NCBI GenBank assembly: GCA_013330595.1 | Contig: DUIB01000018.1 | Span: 1 to 56,169 of the forward strand | Direction of reading: 5' to 3' | DNA: 56,169 nt | DNA from: Candidatus Woesearchaeota archaeon | Lineage (GTDB): Archaea > Nanobdellota > Nanobdellia > Woesearchaeales > UBA9642 | Program-made: the position numbers and the translations under genes | Notes under the pieces: generated by a model | The model's input: the letters and a program-made list of their open reading frames with translations, nothing else | What the model was told of the DNA's origin: nothing | Databases searched by the model: none | Shown here: piece by piece, positions 38,890 through 49,453 of the stretch | Layout: each line of letters begins with the position of its first letter | How positions within the stretch are numbered: position 1 is the first letter of the stretch

Positions 38890-39762
38890 TCATTTCAGGG
38901 AATCATCAAGCTCGATTTTGATGATTTTTTCTTTTCTGTGATGTTGATCTCCTTTTTCAATAGATTTTATTTTTCCTATTATTCCCCAAGGATCAAAGTT
39001 TTTTATTTGTCCACTTACAGGATCTCCGAAATTGTAAGAAATCGCAGTGAAGTTTCCTCCCCTGTCACGAAATATTCCCTCATTAGCCAAAGAATAAAGC
39101 AAAGCAAGATATGCTACTTCATCCTCATTACTCTTTACACCAAGCGGTGGAAATGCTTTCGGATTGAAAGTATAACTTTCCAGACAGCGTGGATTTAATG
39201 TAACTTCTCTATGTTTTTTAGTCATGACTTTAAGAGGGAACCAACTCCTAACTTGGTCCAATGCCTCTTTTTTTGTTAGAGGATTGTTTAAATATTCATC
39301 TGTATCGTTATGTTCATATTGCCCGTAAAAAAGAAGTAATCCGCAACTCAACCCCGAATCCGTTGTCCCATTATAATGCACTATAGGTGGACCAAACTTT
39401 CTTCCGTCAAGCCTAAAGTTTAGTGTTTCTATTGCGTCATAGATTGGATCATTTGGGTCATTAGAATTCTCGTCAAAATTCGCCTTGAACACATGGACAA
39501 GTTTTCCTATATCCTCAGAATGTGTCACTAAGAATCTTTCTTTTATAACCACGTTATGTTTTGCTGCAATCTCTATTGATTTTCTTGACTCTATATAATT
39601 CCCTGCTTTGAATTCTTTTTTTGCTTCCCTTAAGAACAGGAATGCGTTATCAAGAGTAACTGCATCTAATAGATACTGATTTTTGCCCCGCACCGCATAG
39701 TAAATGTAATCTTCACTTACCTTCAGGACTGTTTCAAGTTCGTTTCTCTTATCTTCTGTCAT
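38890..39762 (-). CDS. Hypothetical protein (orphan family, paralog downstream)
   Basis: Long ORF; start re-picked at MTEDKRNE. Confidence 0.75.
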   Translation of the reverse strand: MTEDKRNELETVLKVSEDYIYYAVRGKNQYLLDAVTLDNAFLFLREAKKEFKAGNYIESRKSIEIAAKHNVVIKERFLVTHSEDIGKLVHVFKANFDENSNDPNDPIYDAIETLNFRLDGRKFGPPIVHYNGTTDSGLSCGLLLFYGQYEHNDTDEYLNNPLTKKEALDQVRSWFPLKVMTKKHREVTLNPRCLESYTFNPKAFPPLGVKSNEDEVAYLALLYSLANEGIFRDRGGNFTAISYNFGDPVSGQIKNFDPWGIIGKIKSIEKGDQHHRKEKIIKIELDDSLK

Positions 39763-39867
39763 TTTTATCATCTTTGAGTATGTAATAGTTATCATAATAA
39801 TAAAACTTCTTATGGTATATTTTAACAATTAGTAAAATATTTAAATAATAACTGTAAATATAAGAAA

Positions 39868-40830
39868 ATGGCTTACAAATTAGATGTTTTTGATAAAAAA
39901 ATACTATATGCGCTAGACAAGAAATCAAATATCTCTTTAGCAGAATTGTCAAGAAAAATCTCGAGATCAAAACCATTTGTTATCTACAGGATAAAACGAC
40001 TTGAATCAGAAGGCATCATTACAGGATATTACGCAATAATTGATATGTCAAAATTAGGATATTTCACTTTTAGAGTCTATCTGAAATTTCAACAAATGAA
40101 TATTGAAGATGGAAAAACATTTGTTTCATTTGTTAAGGAAAATCTATCACAGGTATGGACAATAACATCGATGCTTGGAAAATGGGATTATGCACTATTT
40201 CTCGGAGTTAAGAATGTATCAGAGTTTCATCATATTTGGAAGATTATAATGAATAAATACAAAGAGAGAATTAAATCATATAATGTCTCAGTCTATGCAC
40301 CAATCTTTAATTTCAATAGATCTTTTTTTATTGATGAAAAAGAAATGCCTTTACTAAGAGAATATGGATTGGGAAATAAAGTAGATATTGATGAAAAAGA
40401 TGTCAAGATAATCGAAGCATATGCTTCTGATGTTAGACAATCTTCAATTGATATAGCAAAGAAAGTCAAATTGAGTCAAGAGGCAGTTAGGTATAGAATA
40501 AAAAATCTTGAAAAAAAGAAGGTGATAATAGGATACAAAATAGGTATGAATCTAGAAGTTATGGGTTATACTTCTTATAGGGTTGATTTTCATCTTAATT
40601 CTACCTCTAAAAGTAAAGAGCTTTTTGAATTTTGTAGATTTCATAAGAATATTTATCAAGTTAATGATTCTATTGGCGGAGCGGATTTTGAAATAGAAGT
40701 CATAGTTAAGGATCTTCCTGAGTTAGTGTCATTAATAGACTCTGTAAAGATAAGATTTAAAGGAGTAATTAATGATGTTGATTATTTTGGATTTTCTACA
40801 TTTCATATATTAAAGTACATCCCAGATTAA
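39868..40830 (+). CDS. Tandem (double) Lrp/AsnC transcriptional regulator
   Basis: Two HTH-RAM units: LDVFDKKILYAL..YRIKRLESEGII and IDEKDVKII..YRIKNLEKKKVI. Confidence 0.9.
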   Translation: MAYKLDVFDKKILYALDKKSNISLAELSRKISRSKPFVIYRIKRLESEGIITGYYAIIDMSKLGYFTFRVYLKFQQMNIEDGKTFVSFVKENLSQVWTITSMLGKWDYALFLGVKNVSEFHHIWKIIMNKYKERIKSYNVSVYAPIFNFNRSFFIDEKEMPLLREYGLGNKVDIDEKDVKIIEAYASDVRQSSIDIAKKVKLSQEAVRYRIKNLEKKKVIIGYKIGMNLEVMGYTSYRVDFHLNSTSKSKELFEFCRFHKNIYQVNDSIGGADFEIEVIVKDLPELVSLIDSVKIRFKGVINDVDYFGFSTFHILKYIPD

Positions 40831-40948
40831 GAGCATTTATCTATATCAGTATACCTTTATCTATATTAATTCACCTTTTTTAAGCTTGAGCCCCCAACTA
40901 GTATACAAAAACGTAACATTTATATATTTGTTAGTATTTCATACTGTC

Positions 40949-41368
40949 ATGACGATATTATTTGACCAATACAATATGCCTGAGAATATATATGAGATCA
41001 TATTTGCTACATCTCAGCAAGTAGTTGTTGCTAAGCTATTGATAGAGGAAATGAAGCAGAAAGGAGGAGAGATCGGCAAGACAGAGATGTCTGTATTTGC
41101 AACAGCTCTTCATGAAGGCAAGCTTATTGATGAAGAAACAACTCAATTTGGCCAAAAGAAAAAAGTAACCTTATCATATAACAAAAGGCAGTTCTATGAT
41201 AGGATACTGACACCAATGAAAAGCATGGGCTTAATAGATTATGATATGTACAAGAAGACTTATAAGATTTCAGATAAATTCAATAAAAACATGATGAGAA
41301 TTGGCATGTTATGGCTGATGGAGATGAGAAAACCAGCAGTTGCTCACACATTGATGATCAAGAAATAA
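40949..41368 (+). CDS. Conserved hypothetical wHTH-like protein
   Basis: SYNKRQFYDRILTPMKSMGLIDYD..YKISDKF. Confidence 0.7.
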   Translation: MTILFDQYNMPENIYEIIFATSQQVVVAKLLIEEMKQKGGEIGKTEMSVFATALHEGKLIDEETTQFGQKKKVTLSYNKRQFYDRILTPMKSMGLIDYDMYKKTYKISDKFNKNMMRIGMLWLMEMRKPAVAHTLMIKK

Positions 41369-41381
41369 ATCACATTAAAAA

Positions 41382-41447
41382 GAAGCCGGCTTCCTACAAT
41401 TTCTAAATTCTCAACCACCCCACCTGTAGGAAGTTTTGGTTCTTCTT
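41382..41447. other. Intergenic stem-loop
   Basis: CTTCCTACA...TGTAGGAAG 9-bp inverted repeat; loop contains CCACCCCACC. Confidence 0.45.
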
Positions 41448-41472
41448 AAATTTCAAAATCGTATACTAAGGT

Positions 41473-41706
41473 ATGCAAAAGACAACTAAAATACAAAAAA
41501 CAACTAAAAAAATAAAGGCAAAAATGGATGACTCATTTCCAGTACGTATATTAGACGATGTTGTTCCTAGAGATATTCCCAGAGAAGAGATGATCAATGT
41601 AGTGTTCAGAAGAAGGTCAATAGAGAATGGTGAAGAGATAAATGAAATAGCTTTTAATCCTGAAACTTATAATCCAGAATATATTAATGATTCCTATAGA
41701 TATTAA
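41473..41706 (+). CDS. Small hypothetical protein
   Basis: 77-aa ORF with a duplicated QKTTK. Confidence 0.5.
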   Translation: MQKTTKIQKTTKKIKAKMDDSFPVRILDDVVPRDIPREEMINVVFRRRSIENGEEINEIAFNPETYNPEYINDSYRY

Positions 41707-41775
41707 TATCGAAATTCTTTGTAAATTTAGGTAAATTTAAATATACTAACTGTTTAAAGGCTTTTGGGTGATATT

Positions 41776-42102
41776 ATGGCAAAGAATGATGATGAGAAAC
41801 TGTTTGCTTTTTTAGGGGTATTCCTGACATTGATAGGATTTATCATAGTTTACGCTGCAAAGAAAGATAGCAAATATGCTATGTTCTATGCAAAACAAGG
41901 TTTAATACTTTTCTTTTTATGGATAATCGCATGGGTCATAACTGTAGTGCTTGCATTTATACCTTTTATTGGATGGCTTATTGGCATATTAGTATGGCTG
42001 GCTCTTCTTGCATTATGGATCTTTGGGATAATATATGCATTAAGTGGTGAGGAGAAATACATTCCAGTTATAGGCACTTTTGCAAAGCTGATAAAGCTAT
42101 AA
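41776..42102 (+). CDS. DUF4870-like small membrane protein
   Basis: FYAKQGLILF..IPFIGW..ALSGEEKYIPVIG. Confidence 0.8.
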   Translation: MAKNDDEKLFAFLGVFLTLIGFIIVYAAKKDSKYAMFYAKQGLILFFLWIIAWVITVVLAFIPFIGWLIGILVWLALLALWIFGIIYALSGEEKYIPVIGTFAKLIKL

Positions 42103-42112
42103 TTTTTTTTTC

Positions 42113-43741
42113 TTATTCTTTACAAGCTTTGATGAATCCATCAAATAATGCCGCTGGTTTAAGAAGAGAGGACTTAAACTCAGGATGAGATTGAGTGGCA
42201 ATAAAGAATTTATGATCAGGCAATTCAATAAATTCTACAAGCTTTCCATCAGGACTCATTCCGCTGAATATCATTCCATGTTTTTGTAGGATCTCATGAA
42301 AATCAGGATTCACTTCATACCTATGCCTATGTCTTTCATAGACCTTATCTATCCCATAAAGCTTGAACACTCTTGAATCTTCTTTCAATAAAGCTAGATA
42401 TGCTCCAAGCCTCATTGTTCCTCCTTTTGATTCAATGGCTTTTTGTTCTGGTAAAATATCAATAACAGGATAAAGTGTTTCTGGATCAATCTCACTAGTG
42501 TTTGCTGTTGTTAAACTACAGACATTTCTTGAAAATTCAATAACAGCTAACTGTAATCCATAACATAATCCAAGAAATGGAATATTGTTTTCCCTGCAGA
42601 ATCTTATTGCATTTATCTTTCCTTCAACTCCTGATCCTCCAAAACCTCCTGGAATGACAACGCCATCAATATCCTTGAATGATTCTTTTATGTTAAAATT
42701 TTTTTGCTCAAGCTGCTTACTGTCAATCCAATGCAGATTAAGTCTCAGACTATGCTTTGAGCATGCATGTTTTAATGCTTCATTAACACTGATATATGAA
42801 TCAGCAAGCTTAAAAGTTCCTATATCAAAATATTTGCCGATCATTGCAATATTCACTTCATCTTTTGGATTGATGATATTATGGACAGCTTGCTTCCATT
42901 CTTCAAGCTTAGAGGTCTTTTTTGGCGATAAATGCAGCAGATTATTTATTTTATCTCCGATGCCTTCTTCCTGAAGGCTTATAGGAATAATATATGTTGT
43001 ATTCACAGTATCTCTTCCTGTTACATCAGGCATGCTTATGATATAGTCTGATTTGACATTAGCATATTGTTCAATCTTGTTTTTTCTTATGTCATCTAAT
43101 GCTTGTTTGCCTCTGCATAATATTAAGTCAGGCTGGATGCCGTTTTCTCTTAATAATTTTACTGATAATTGTGTTGGCTTGGTTTTCATCTCTTCAATAT
43201 GACTTGGTATAGGAAGATATGTTACAAGAATATAGCAGATATTATCTTTTCCAATAGTATTTTCTAAAGCTCTTAATGCAAACAAGAATGCCGTGTTCTC
43301 ATAATCTCCGACAGTTCCTCCAATCTCAACTAATGCAATATCAAAACCATTGCTCGCTGTTAATATCCTGTTCTTTATTTCATCAGTAATGTGAGGAATA
43401 AACTGAACTGTATGTCCAAGATAGGTTCCTCTTCTTTCTTTTTCAATAACTTCTTTATAGACCTGACCTGTTGTTATGTTATTTGATTTAGGAATTGATA
43501 TGCCCAGGAATCTTTCATAAGTACCGAGATCTTGATCAGTCTCTCCGCCATCATCAGTAACCCACACCTCTCCATGCTCAGTAGGCCTCATTGTTCCTGC
43601 ATCACAATTAATATAAGGATCAATCTTTATAGCAGTTACTGAGAATCCATAATCCTGCATGATCCTACCGATCGAGGCTGTAGCAACTCCTTTTCCGACT
43701 CCAGAAATAACTCCCCCAACCACAACAATAAACTTAGTCAT
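42113..43741 (-). CDS. pyrG: CTP synthase
   Basis: GGVISGVGKG, KIDPYIN, KTKPTQ, GLCYGLQ, RHRHRYE, QSHPE. Confidence 0.97.
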   Translation of the reverse strand: MTKFIVVVGGVISGVGKGVATASIGRIMQDYGFSVTAIKIDPYINCDAGTMRPTEHGEVWVTDDGGETDQDLGTYERFLGISIPKSNNITTGQVYKEVIEKERRGTYLGHTVQFIPHITDEIKNRILTASNGFDIALVEIGGTVGDYENTAFLFALRALENTIGKDNICYILVTYLPIPSHIEEMKTKPTQLSVKLLRENGIQPDLILCRGKQALDDIRKNKIEQYANVKSDYIISMPDVTGRDTVNTTYIIPISLQEEGIGDKINNLLHLSPKKTSKLEEWKQAVHNIINPKDEVNIAMIGKYFDIGTFKLADSYISVNEALKHACSKHSLRLNLHWIDSKQLEQKNFNIKESFKDIDGVVIPGGFGGSGVEGKINAIRFCRENNIPFLGLCYGLQLAVIEFSRNVCSLTTANTSEIDPETLYPVIDILPEQKAIESKGGTMRLGAYLALLKEDSRVFKLYGIDKVYERHRHRYEVNPDFHEILQKHGMIFSGMSPDGKLVEFIELPDHKFFIATQSHPEFKSSLLKPAALFDGFIKACKE

Positions 43742-44007
43742 GGAATTAGCAACAATCAATCAAGTTTAAATATTTTACTGGGAAAAAATAAAATAGCTTC
43801 AAAAAATACTAATCTCAGAGCCGATATGCTCATATAACTCAACTAGTAAAACTCTTTTATGATTCATAATTCCACTAATAAGGATAGCATTCCAAATATA
43901 TATACCTTTCCTTACCCTACGAAAGATTTCTATATTCTTAGGAAAATTTACGGTTTTTATGGAATAATTTATAAATAAATAATTACTTCTATATGATGGT
44001 GAATATA

Positions 44008-45438
44008 ATGGCGTCATATGACTTGACTTTAATAAATCCTCCGGCGCTTATAGAAAGACCACCTGTCGAACAGTCAGGAACATTATTTGTACCAGAAAAG
44101 CTTAGAATAACAGCAATGAACCCAGGGATATTATCCCTTTTTACTTACTTGAAATCTAAAGGATTCTCAGTAAACATATTAGATCTTTCACTGGATACAG
44201 AATATTCTTCAATGGAAAAAAAAATCAAAAATATCGACTCACGATACGTAGGTATAAGTTCCACCAGTGGCTTTGATTATTTAGAATCATTAAAAATTGC
44301 AGAATTTACAAAAACACACACAAATGCTCAAATATTTATTGGAGGCCAACATGCAGGTCCATTGGGAGAACTTGTTTTGATGGATAGTCAAAATATTGAT
44401 GCTGTGATAAAATTCGAAGGAGAGTTAGTGTTAGAACAAATATTAAAATCTAATACAGATAACAAATTCAAAATTCCAGGAGTAGTATATAAAGAAAACA
44501 ACAAAATTATTACTGTTCCTGGTAAATCACCAAAAATTAAACTAAATGATCTTCCATTTTTGGACTATAGCAGTTATCCTAATTATCTTAAATTTGTACC
44601 TTTTATAGAAGAAAGCAGAGGATGTGTTTATGGATGTAACTTTTGTACAAGTAATACTATAAACCACCGCAGAATTGATATGAAAAGTCCTAAAAGATTT
44701 TTAGATGAAACTGATTATTGCGTATCATTGTTCGGAAAAGAAAAAGCATATGCGGTGCTTGCTTCTACTTATGGAGTTAATCCAAAATTTGGGAAAGAAA
44801 TTGCTCTGGGAATGAAAAAATTTGGTATAAAATGGAATTCTGAATTTAGAGCGGATAGTGAATGGGAAGAATTCATATATGAATTATTAGATTCAGGCTA
44901 TGAAGTTGTAAACATCGGTTTGGAGTCCGGAAGTCCTGATATACTAAAACTCATGGGAAAAACAAAGAATCCTTATTTATATTTAGGAAAAATGAGAAAA
45001 TTAGCGAAAATCGTCAGTAAAAGCAGTGCAGTCATGCGTTCCAATTTTATGTTTTATATAGGCGAAACTCCGAAAACTATTCAAGAAACAATAAAATTTA
45101 TTAGCCAAACACCAGAAATACATTCAGTTCAATTTTCTCCTCTAATAGTATTTAACAATACCCCGGTTTTTAACAATTTTGCAAAATATAGAGAAGAGTA
45201 TGGATGCGATATTATTAATACTGAGTATTGGCAAAGAAGACACTTCTATCCTGTTCACCCTTCAAAATATTTTTCATTTGATGAAGTGGCAACTTTGGGG
45301 CATGTTCTCGAAAAAATATTTTCAAAAGAAGATGCGTGGATAGAAGCTGCAAAATCATTATATAGTCAGGAAAATAAAGAAGTAGTTAAAAAAATAAAAG
45401 AAACATTGCGTGAATCCAGATTCAGGCGATCAAAATGA
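44008..45438 (+). CDS. Cobalamin-binding radical SAM protein (class B methyltransferase-like)
   Basis: N-terminal B12 domain (VGISS, GGQHA, EGE), SRGCVYGCNFC, IGLESGS. Confidence 0.88.
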   Translation: MASYDLTLINPPALIERPPVEQSGTLFVPEKLRITAMNPGILSLFTYLKSKGFSVNILDLSLDTEYSSMEKKIKNIDSRYVGISSTSGFDYLESLKIAEFTKTHTNAQIFIGGQHAGPLGELVLMDSQNIDAVIKFEGELVLEQILKSNTDNKFKIPGVVYKENNKIITVPGKSPKIKLNDLPFLDYSSYPNYLKFVPFIEESRGCVYGCNFCTSNTINHRRIDMKSPKRFLDETDYCVSLFGKEKAYAVLASTYGVNPKFGKEIALGMKKFGIKWNSEFRADSEWEEFIYELLDSGYEVVNIGLESGSPDILKLMGKTKNPYLYLGKMRKLAKIVSKSSAVMRSNFMFYIGETPKTIQETIKFISQTPEIHSVQFSPLIVFNNTPVFNNFAKYREEYGCDIINTEYWQRRHFYPVHPSKYFSFDEVATLGHVLEKIFSKEDAWIEAAKSLYSQENKEVVKKIKETLRESRFRRSK

Positions 45439-46820
45439 ATATTTTAGCAATATCAATAGCATCCATATTCAAGGAACATATACAGGGTGGTTCACAAAGA
45501 ATCTTTAAGAACGTTATGGAGTATTTATCAAAAGATAATACTATCAATGTGCTTTGCACAAGAAGAGACGATAATTTCTTGCCATTCGAAGTAAATCAGA
45601 ACTTTAAGGTAAATCCATCACTCAGGTTTAGACAATCTTTTCCATTTCCATATATGACTAATCCAAATAATTTGGCAAATATCATTAAAAAAGTTATTTG
45701 TGAAGCCGAGAATGCTGATGTTATTTATGTTCACGCAGACGGATTTTATTTTAAAAAATTTCTAAAAGTGCATCATCCTAATATACCAATAATTACATCA
45801 TTACATGATTTTGTATATCCGATAAGTATATCATCAGCATTTATAGGGGATAATGATATTGTGATTGTTCCCTCAAAATACGTATTCGAATGTATGAAAC
45901 ATAGTGTGGGTCAAATTTACGAAAATCTTATGAATAGAGCTGTGAATATAGAAAATGGCGTTGATACATCCATATTCTACAAAGATAAATCATTGACAAA
46001 ACAGTTGAAATTGAGATATAATATATCAGATTCAGAGAAAGTTTTGTTATTTCCACACCGACCTGAGCAATCAAAAGGCATTGATCACTCTTTAAACCTA
46101 ACAAAAAAACTTGTCGATAATGGCGAACAAATAAAATTGTTATTTCCTAAACATATAGATATACTTTGTAGTGAAGATTTACAAAGAGAATACGGTATTT
46201 TATATGACAAAATTTCTAAACTTAATCTAGAAAATCATGTGTCGTTCTTCGAATGGACTCTCCCTAATTTCATGAGACACATTTATGCATTAGGTGATAT
46301 AACTCTCAATTTAGGAAATTTTGTAGAGTCATTTGGTTTAGTACCCTTAGAATCTCTACTTTGTGAGACGCCAGTAATAGCGACAAAAGCAGGATGTTTG
46401 AGATACAATTTAAAAAATTTTGAGGAAAGCATACAGATAGATTATGATGATTCAGATGCGTTAATGAATGCATATCATAAAATAGTTAACAACAAATTTG
46501 AATTCAAAAAGACTGTTGAGTTAATCAAAAAGAATTTCAGTTATGAAAACATGTTAAAGCAATATAAAGAAGTTTTTTTAAATGCAAAAGTAAATTCAAC
46601 TCTTAAACTACAAAAAAATGGCCTTTCAAAAGATATATTTGAACTTGCACCATGGTGTTATATATCAGAAAAAGGGATATATGATGATTATATAGGAACG
46701 TATTCTATTAGAGATAAAAAGATCATCAAACTTTTGTCTGAAAAAACAGAATATACGAGAGAGTATTTGGGATCTGAATTTAATGATTTACAAAACAAGA
46801 ATATATTGGTTGAGAAATGA
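45435..46820 (+). CDS. GT4 glycosyltransferase
   Basis: GGSQR, IENGVD, HRPEQSKG, ESFGLVPLESL. Confidence 0.88.
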   Translation: MNILAISIASIFKEHIQGGSQRIFKNVMEYLSKDNTINVLCTRRDDNFLPFEVNQNFKVNPSLRFRQSFPFPYMTNPNNLANIIKKVICEAENADVIYVHADGFYFKKFLKVHHPNIPIITSLHDFVYPISISSAFIGDNDIVIVPSKYVFECMKHSVGQIYENLMNRAVNIENGVDTSIFYKDKSLTKQLKLRYNISDSEKVLLFPHRPEQSKGIDHSLNLTKKLVDNGEQIKLLFPKHIDILCSEDLQREYGILYDKISKLNLENHVSFFEWTLPNFMRHIYALGDITLNLGNFVESFGLVPLESLLCETPVIATKAGCLRYNLKNFEESIQIDYDDSDALMNAYHKIVNNKFEFKKTVELIKKNFSYENMLKQYKEVFLNAKVNSTLKLQKNGLSKDIFELAPWCYISEKGIYDDYIGTYSIRDKKIIKLLSEKTEYTREYLGSEFNDLQNKNILVEK

Positions 46821-47611
46821 ATACGAAATATTTTAAGCAACAATGGGAATTGAAACAAATATCAGATATAATTTATCCGCAAGAATTTGCTTTTTTTAGG
46901 GATGATGATATAGGATTGGAAAATGAAAAATTTATTGATTTTTCAGAAAGTTTCCTGAGCGATAGTATCCCCCTTAATATTGCGGTAATCCCGAATCAGA
47001 TAACATATATGACGGATAAATTCAAAAGATATTTATCAAAAGATATATTCACTATTTTTCAGCACGGTAATACGCATAGAGTCAATTACACATCAGCAAT
47101 TTCTGACTCTGATATATATAAATCTATGACTCCTATCATACCAAAAAATTTGATTATCGGAGAGTTTCATACTTCTCTAAAAGATAATTTTTCAGAACAA
47201 AATCTAATAAAAGGATGGAAGTTAATTGAATTACATTTGAAAACGAAATTCAAAGGATTCATACCTCCTTGGCACAGTTTTCCTGAAATAAAACTTCTTT
47301 TAGATAACAACTATGAAATAATTTCAGGTTATGGAAATAAGATTGAAATCATAAAAAATAAAACAATTTCAATCCCTACAAATCTGGATATTATTAAAGA
47401 TTATTCTAAAAATGAATGTTATGATTTGAGAAGTGTTTTGAATCGATCTGAAATATTACTAAAAGACACAAGATATGTAGGAATACTACTACACCACAAT
47501 TTTATGACAAAAGATAGTCATAAACTAATTGCTCAAATAGCAGAACATTCTAATAAAAATAATATTCCAATAATCTCTTTGGAGGAGGCGTTAAAATGGA
47601 AGATCAAATAA
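46817..47611 (+). CDS. Polysaccharide deacetylase (CE4/NodB-like)
   Basis: FRDDD, QHGNTH, FIPPW, LLHH. Confidence 0.75.
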   Translation: MNTKYFKQQWELKQISDIIYPQEFAFFRDDDIGLENEKFIDFSESFLSDSIPLNIAVIPNQITYMTDKFKRYLSKDIFTIFQHGNTHRVNYTSAISDSDIYKSMTPIIPKNLIIGEFHTSLKDNFSEQNLIKGWKLIELHLKTKFKGFIPPWHSFPEIKLLLDNNYEIISGYGNKIEIIKNKTISIPTNLDIIKDYSKNECYDLRSVLNRSEILLKDTRYVGILLHHNFMTKDSHKLIAQIAEHSNKNNIPIISLEEALKWKIK

Positions 47612-48441
47612 GCATAATTCTAACCACGTATAATCGTAAAAGTTTATTAGAGATGACTTTAACAGCATTATTAAATCAAACAAACAAAAACTTTGAAATA
47701 CTTATAATTGATGATCATTCAAAAGACTCGACACAAGAATTCTCCATAGATTTTGTAAACAAAATAAATATGCCTTCAAAATATTTTCGAATAGAGAATG
47801 AGGGTAATAATTTGAGTATAGCAAGAAACATGGGTGCAGAATTCGCTAAAAACAAATATTTAGTGTTTATTGATGATGATATAGTGGTTTTGCCTAATTT
47901 TATTCAAGAGTACATACTACATTTTCAAAAAAATCCCGATGCAGTCTATCTAGGAAAATTATTATATGTCAAGTCACAATCATTAGAAAATATAACACTA
48001 GAAGATATCAAAAATAAAAAATGGGATATTTTAAATCAACATTTATATTCAAAAATCGATCCTAGAAAAGACACATTAAGAGATCTTCCAGATTACTATA
48101 AGGTGTGGGGAGGAAATATGGGCATTGCAAAAACACATTTCTATTGTTTAAATGGATACGATGAAGACTTTAAATCATGGGGTGGATTAGATTCAGATTT
48201 AGGATTACGATTAAAAAGAAACGGAAATCCATTAGTTTTATTGGATGACTGTATAGGATATCATATGGGTACAAACTTTAAATCAATGTCTGAGATTCAA
48301 AAAGAGAGAGGTGTAAGAATGTTTGAAGATGAAAAAATGCACGATACTAGTATCATAAGAAATCTCAATCCAGACACTAATTCTAACAAACCAATAATAG
48401 TTTACTATAATAAAAAAAATTATCCTACTAAATTATTTTAA
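47596..48441 (+). CDS. GT2 glycosyltransferase
   Basis: SIILTTYNR, IDDHS, ARNMG, FIDDD, GYDEDFKSWG.D. Confidence 0.9.
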   Translation: MEDQISIILTTYNRKSLLEMTLTALLNQTNKNFEILIIDDHSKDSTQEFSIDFVNKINMPSKYFRIENEGNNLSIARNMGAEFAKNKYLVFIDDDIVVLPNFIQEYILHFQKNPDAVYLGKLLYVKSQSLENITLEDIKNKKWDILNQHLYSKIDPRKDTLRDLPDYYKVWGGNMGIAKTHFYCLNGYDEDFKSWGGLDSDLGLRLKRNGNPLVLLDDCIGYHMGTNFKSMSEIQKERGVRMFEDEKMHDTSIIRNLNPDTNSNKPIIVYYNKKNYPTKLF

Positions 48442-49188
48442 ACTATTAACACTGACCTCAAAAAGAAGTTCTATTCCCTTTTTTAAACTATTATCGTGAA
48501 ACCCCGGATTCCAGGAAAAATCCTTAGTTGCAACATCTGATATTACGAATATCGCTGCACTCTTTATCTTACGATGTTGAGAGATCGCAAATACTGCTGC
48601 TGATTCCATATCTGAGGTAATTATTCCTTGTTTGCGTAATTCTCTACATTTAGATACACTTAACCTGTAAGGCGCATCTGTTGTTACAGTAGGACCTTTT
48701 ATGTAGGGTATATGCATATTTTTTAGATTCTTCTCTATTCTTTGATTTAGTTCTTTATTTGGATATACAAATTTTGAAGGAGGAACATAAAATTTTGACG
48801 TACCTTCGTATCGCAATGCTTTTGTACACAAAACAATCCCGCCAATAGGAATATTTTTATATTGTAATGATCCAGCGATACCAATATTTAATATAGTGTT
48901 AATTCTTCTTGCAATAAGTCTCTCAAGAATGAGCGCCATCATTGGTGCACCGATGCCTATTTTAATAATTCCTATTTTAATATTATCGCACTCAAAGATA
49001 TAATACCCATATCCTAGAAGAGTTTCTATTTTTTTGGCATTAAATTTATTTTTTGCAAGTTCAATAAACTCATCTTGGTAACACATTATACAAACTTTAG
49101 GATAAACCCTCAATTTAGAAAAATCATATTGTATATCATATTTAAGCTCAGTACTTGGTTCTATCCAACATTTTTCAGTATAGTTCAT
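48433..49188 (-). CDS. Nucleoside phosphorylase (PNP/UDP family)
   Basis: GIGAP, IGIAGSL, TTDAPYR, DMESAA, ISD. Confidence 0.88.
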   Translation of the reverse strand: MNYTEKCWIEPSTELKYDIQYDFSKLRVYPKVCIMCYQDEFIELAKNKFNAKKIETLLGYGYYIFECDNIKIGIIKIGIGAPMMALILERLIARRINTILNIGIAGSLQYKNIPIGGIVLCTKALRYEGTSKFYVPPSKFVYPNKELNQRIEKNLKNMHIPYIKGPTVTTDAPYRLSVSKCRELRKQGIITSDMESAAVFAISQHRKIKSAAIFVISDVATKDFSWNPGFHDNSLKKGIELLFEVSVNSLK

Positions 49189-49239
49189 TTTAATAATGAG
49201 TATGTTAGTGACTATAATTTAATAATGTTACTATTTTTC

Positions 49240-49453
49240 GTATTGACTTAGTTAACTGAAGCATTACTGTCAATGTGTCAAGACTTTGTCTTGATCATGC
49301 TCAGAAATACATTACATTTCTGACATGTGAACATTCTAGAGTATCACGTTATAAAAAATGTTCAGGATTGCAAGTGGAATATTTTTTCTTCGATAAACAC
49401 ATAACAATGTGAACGACAGTAATGCTTTTCACTTCAGAATACTAAGTCAATAC
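49240..49453. other. ~214-nt long-range inverted-repeat element (MITE-like or structured RNA)
   Basis: GTATTGACTTAGT/ACTAAGTCAATAC and AAGCATTACTGTC/GACAGTAATGCTT perfect 13-bp stems, plus internal hairpins. Confidence 0.75.
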
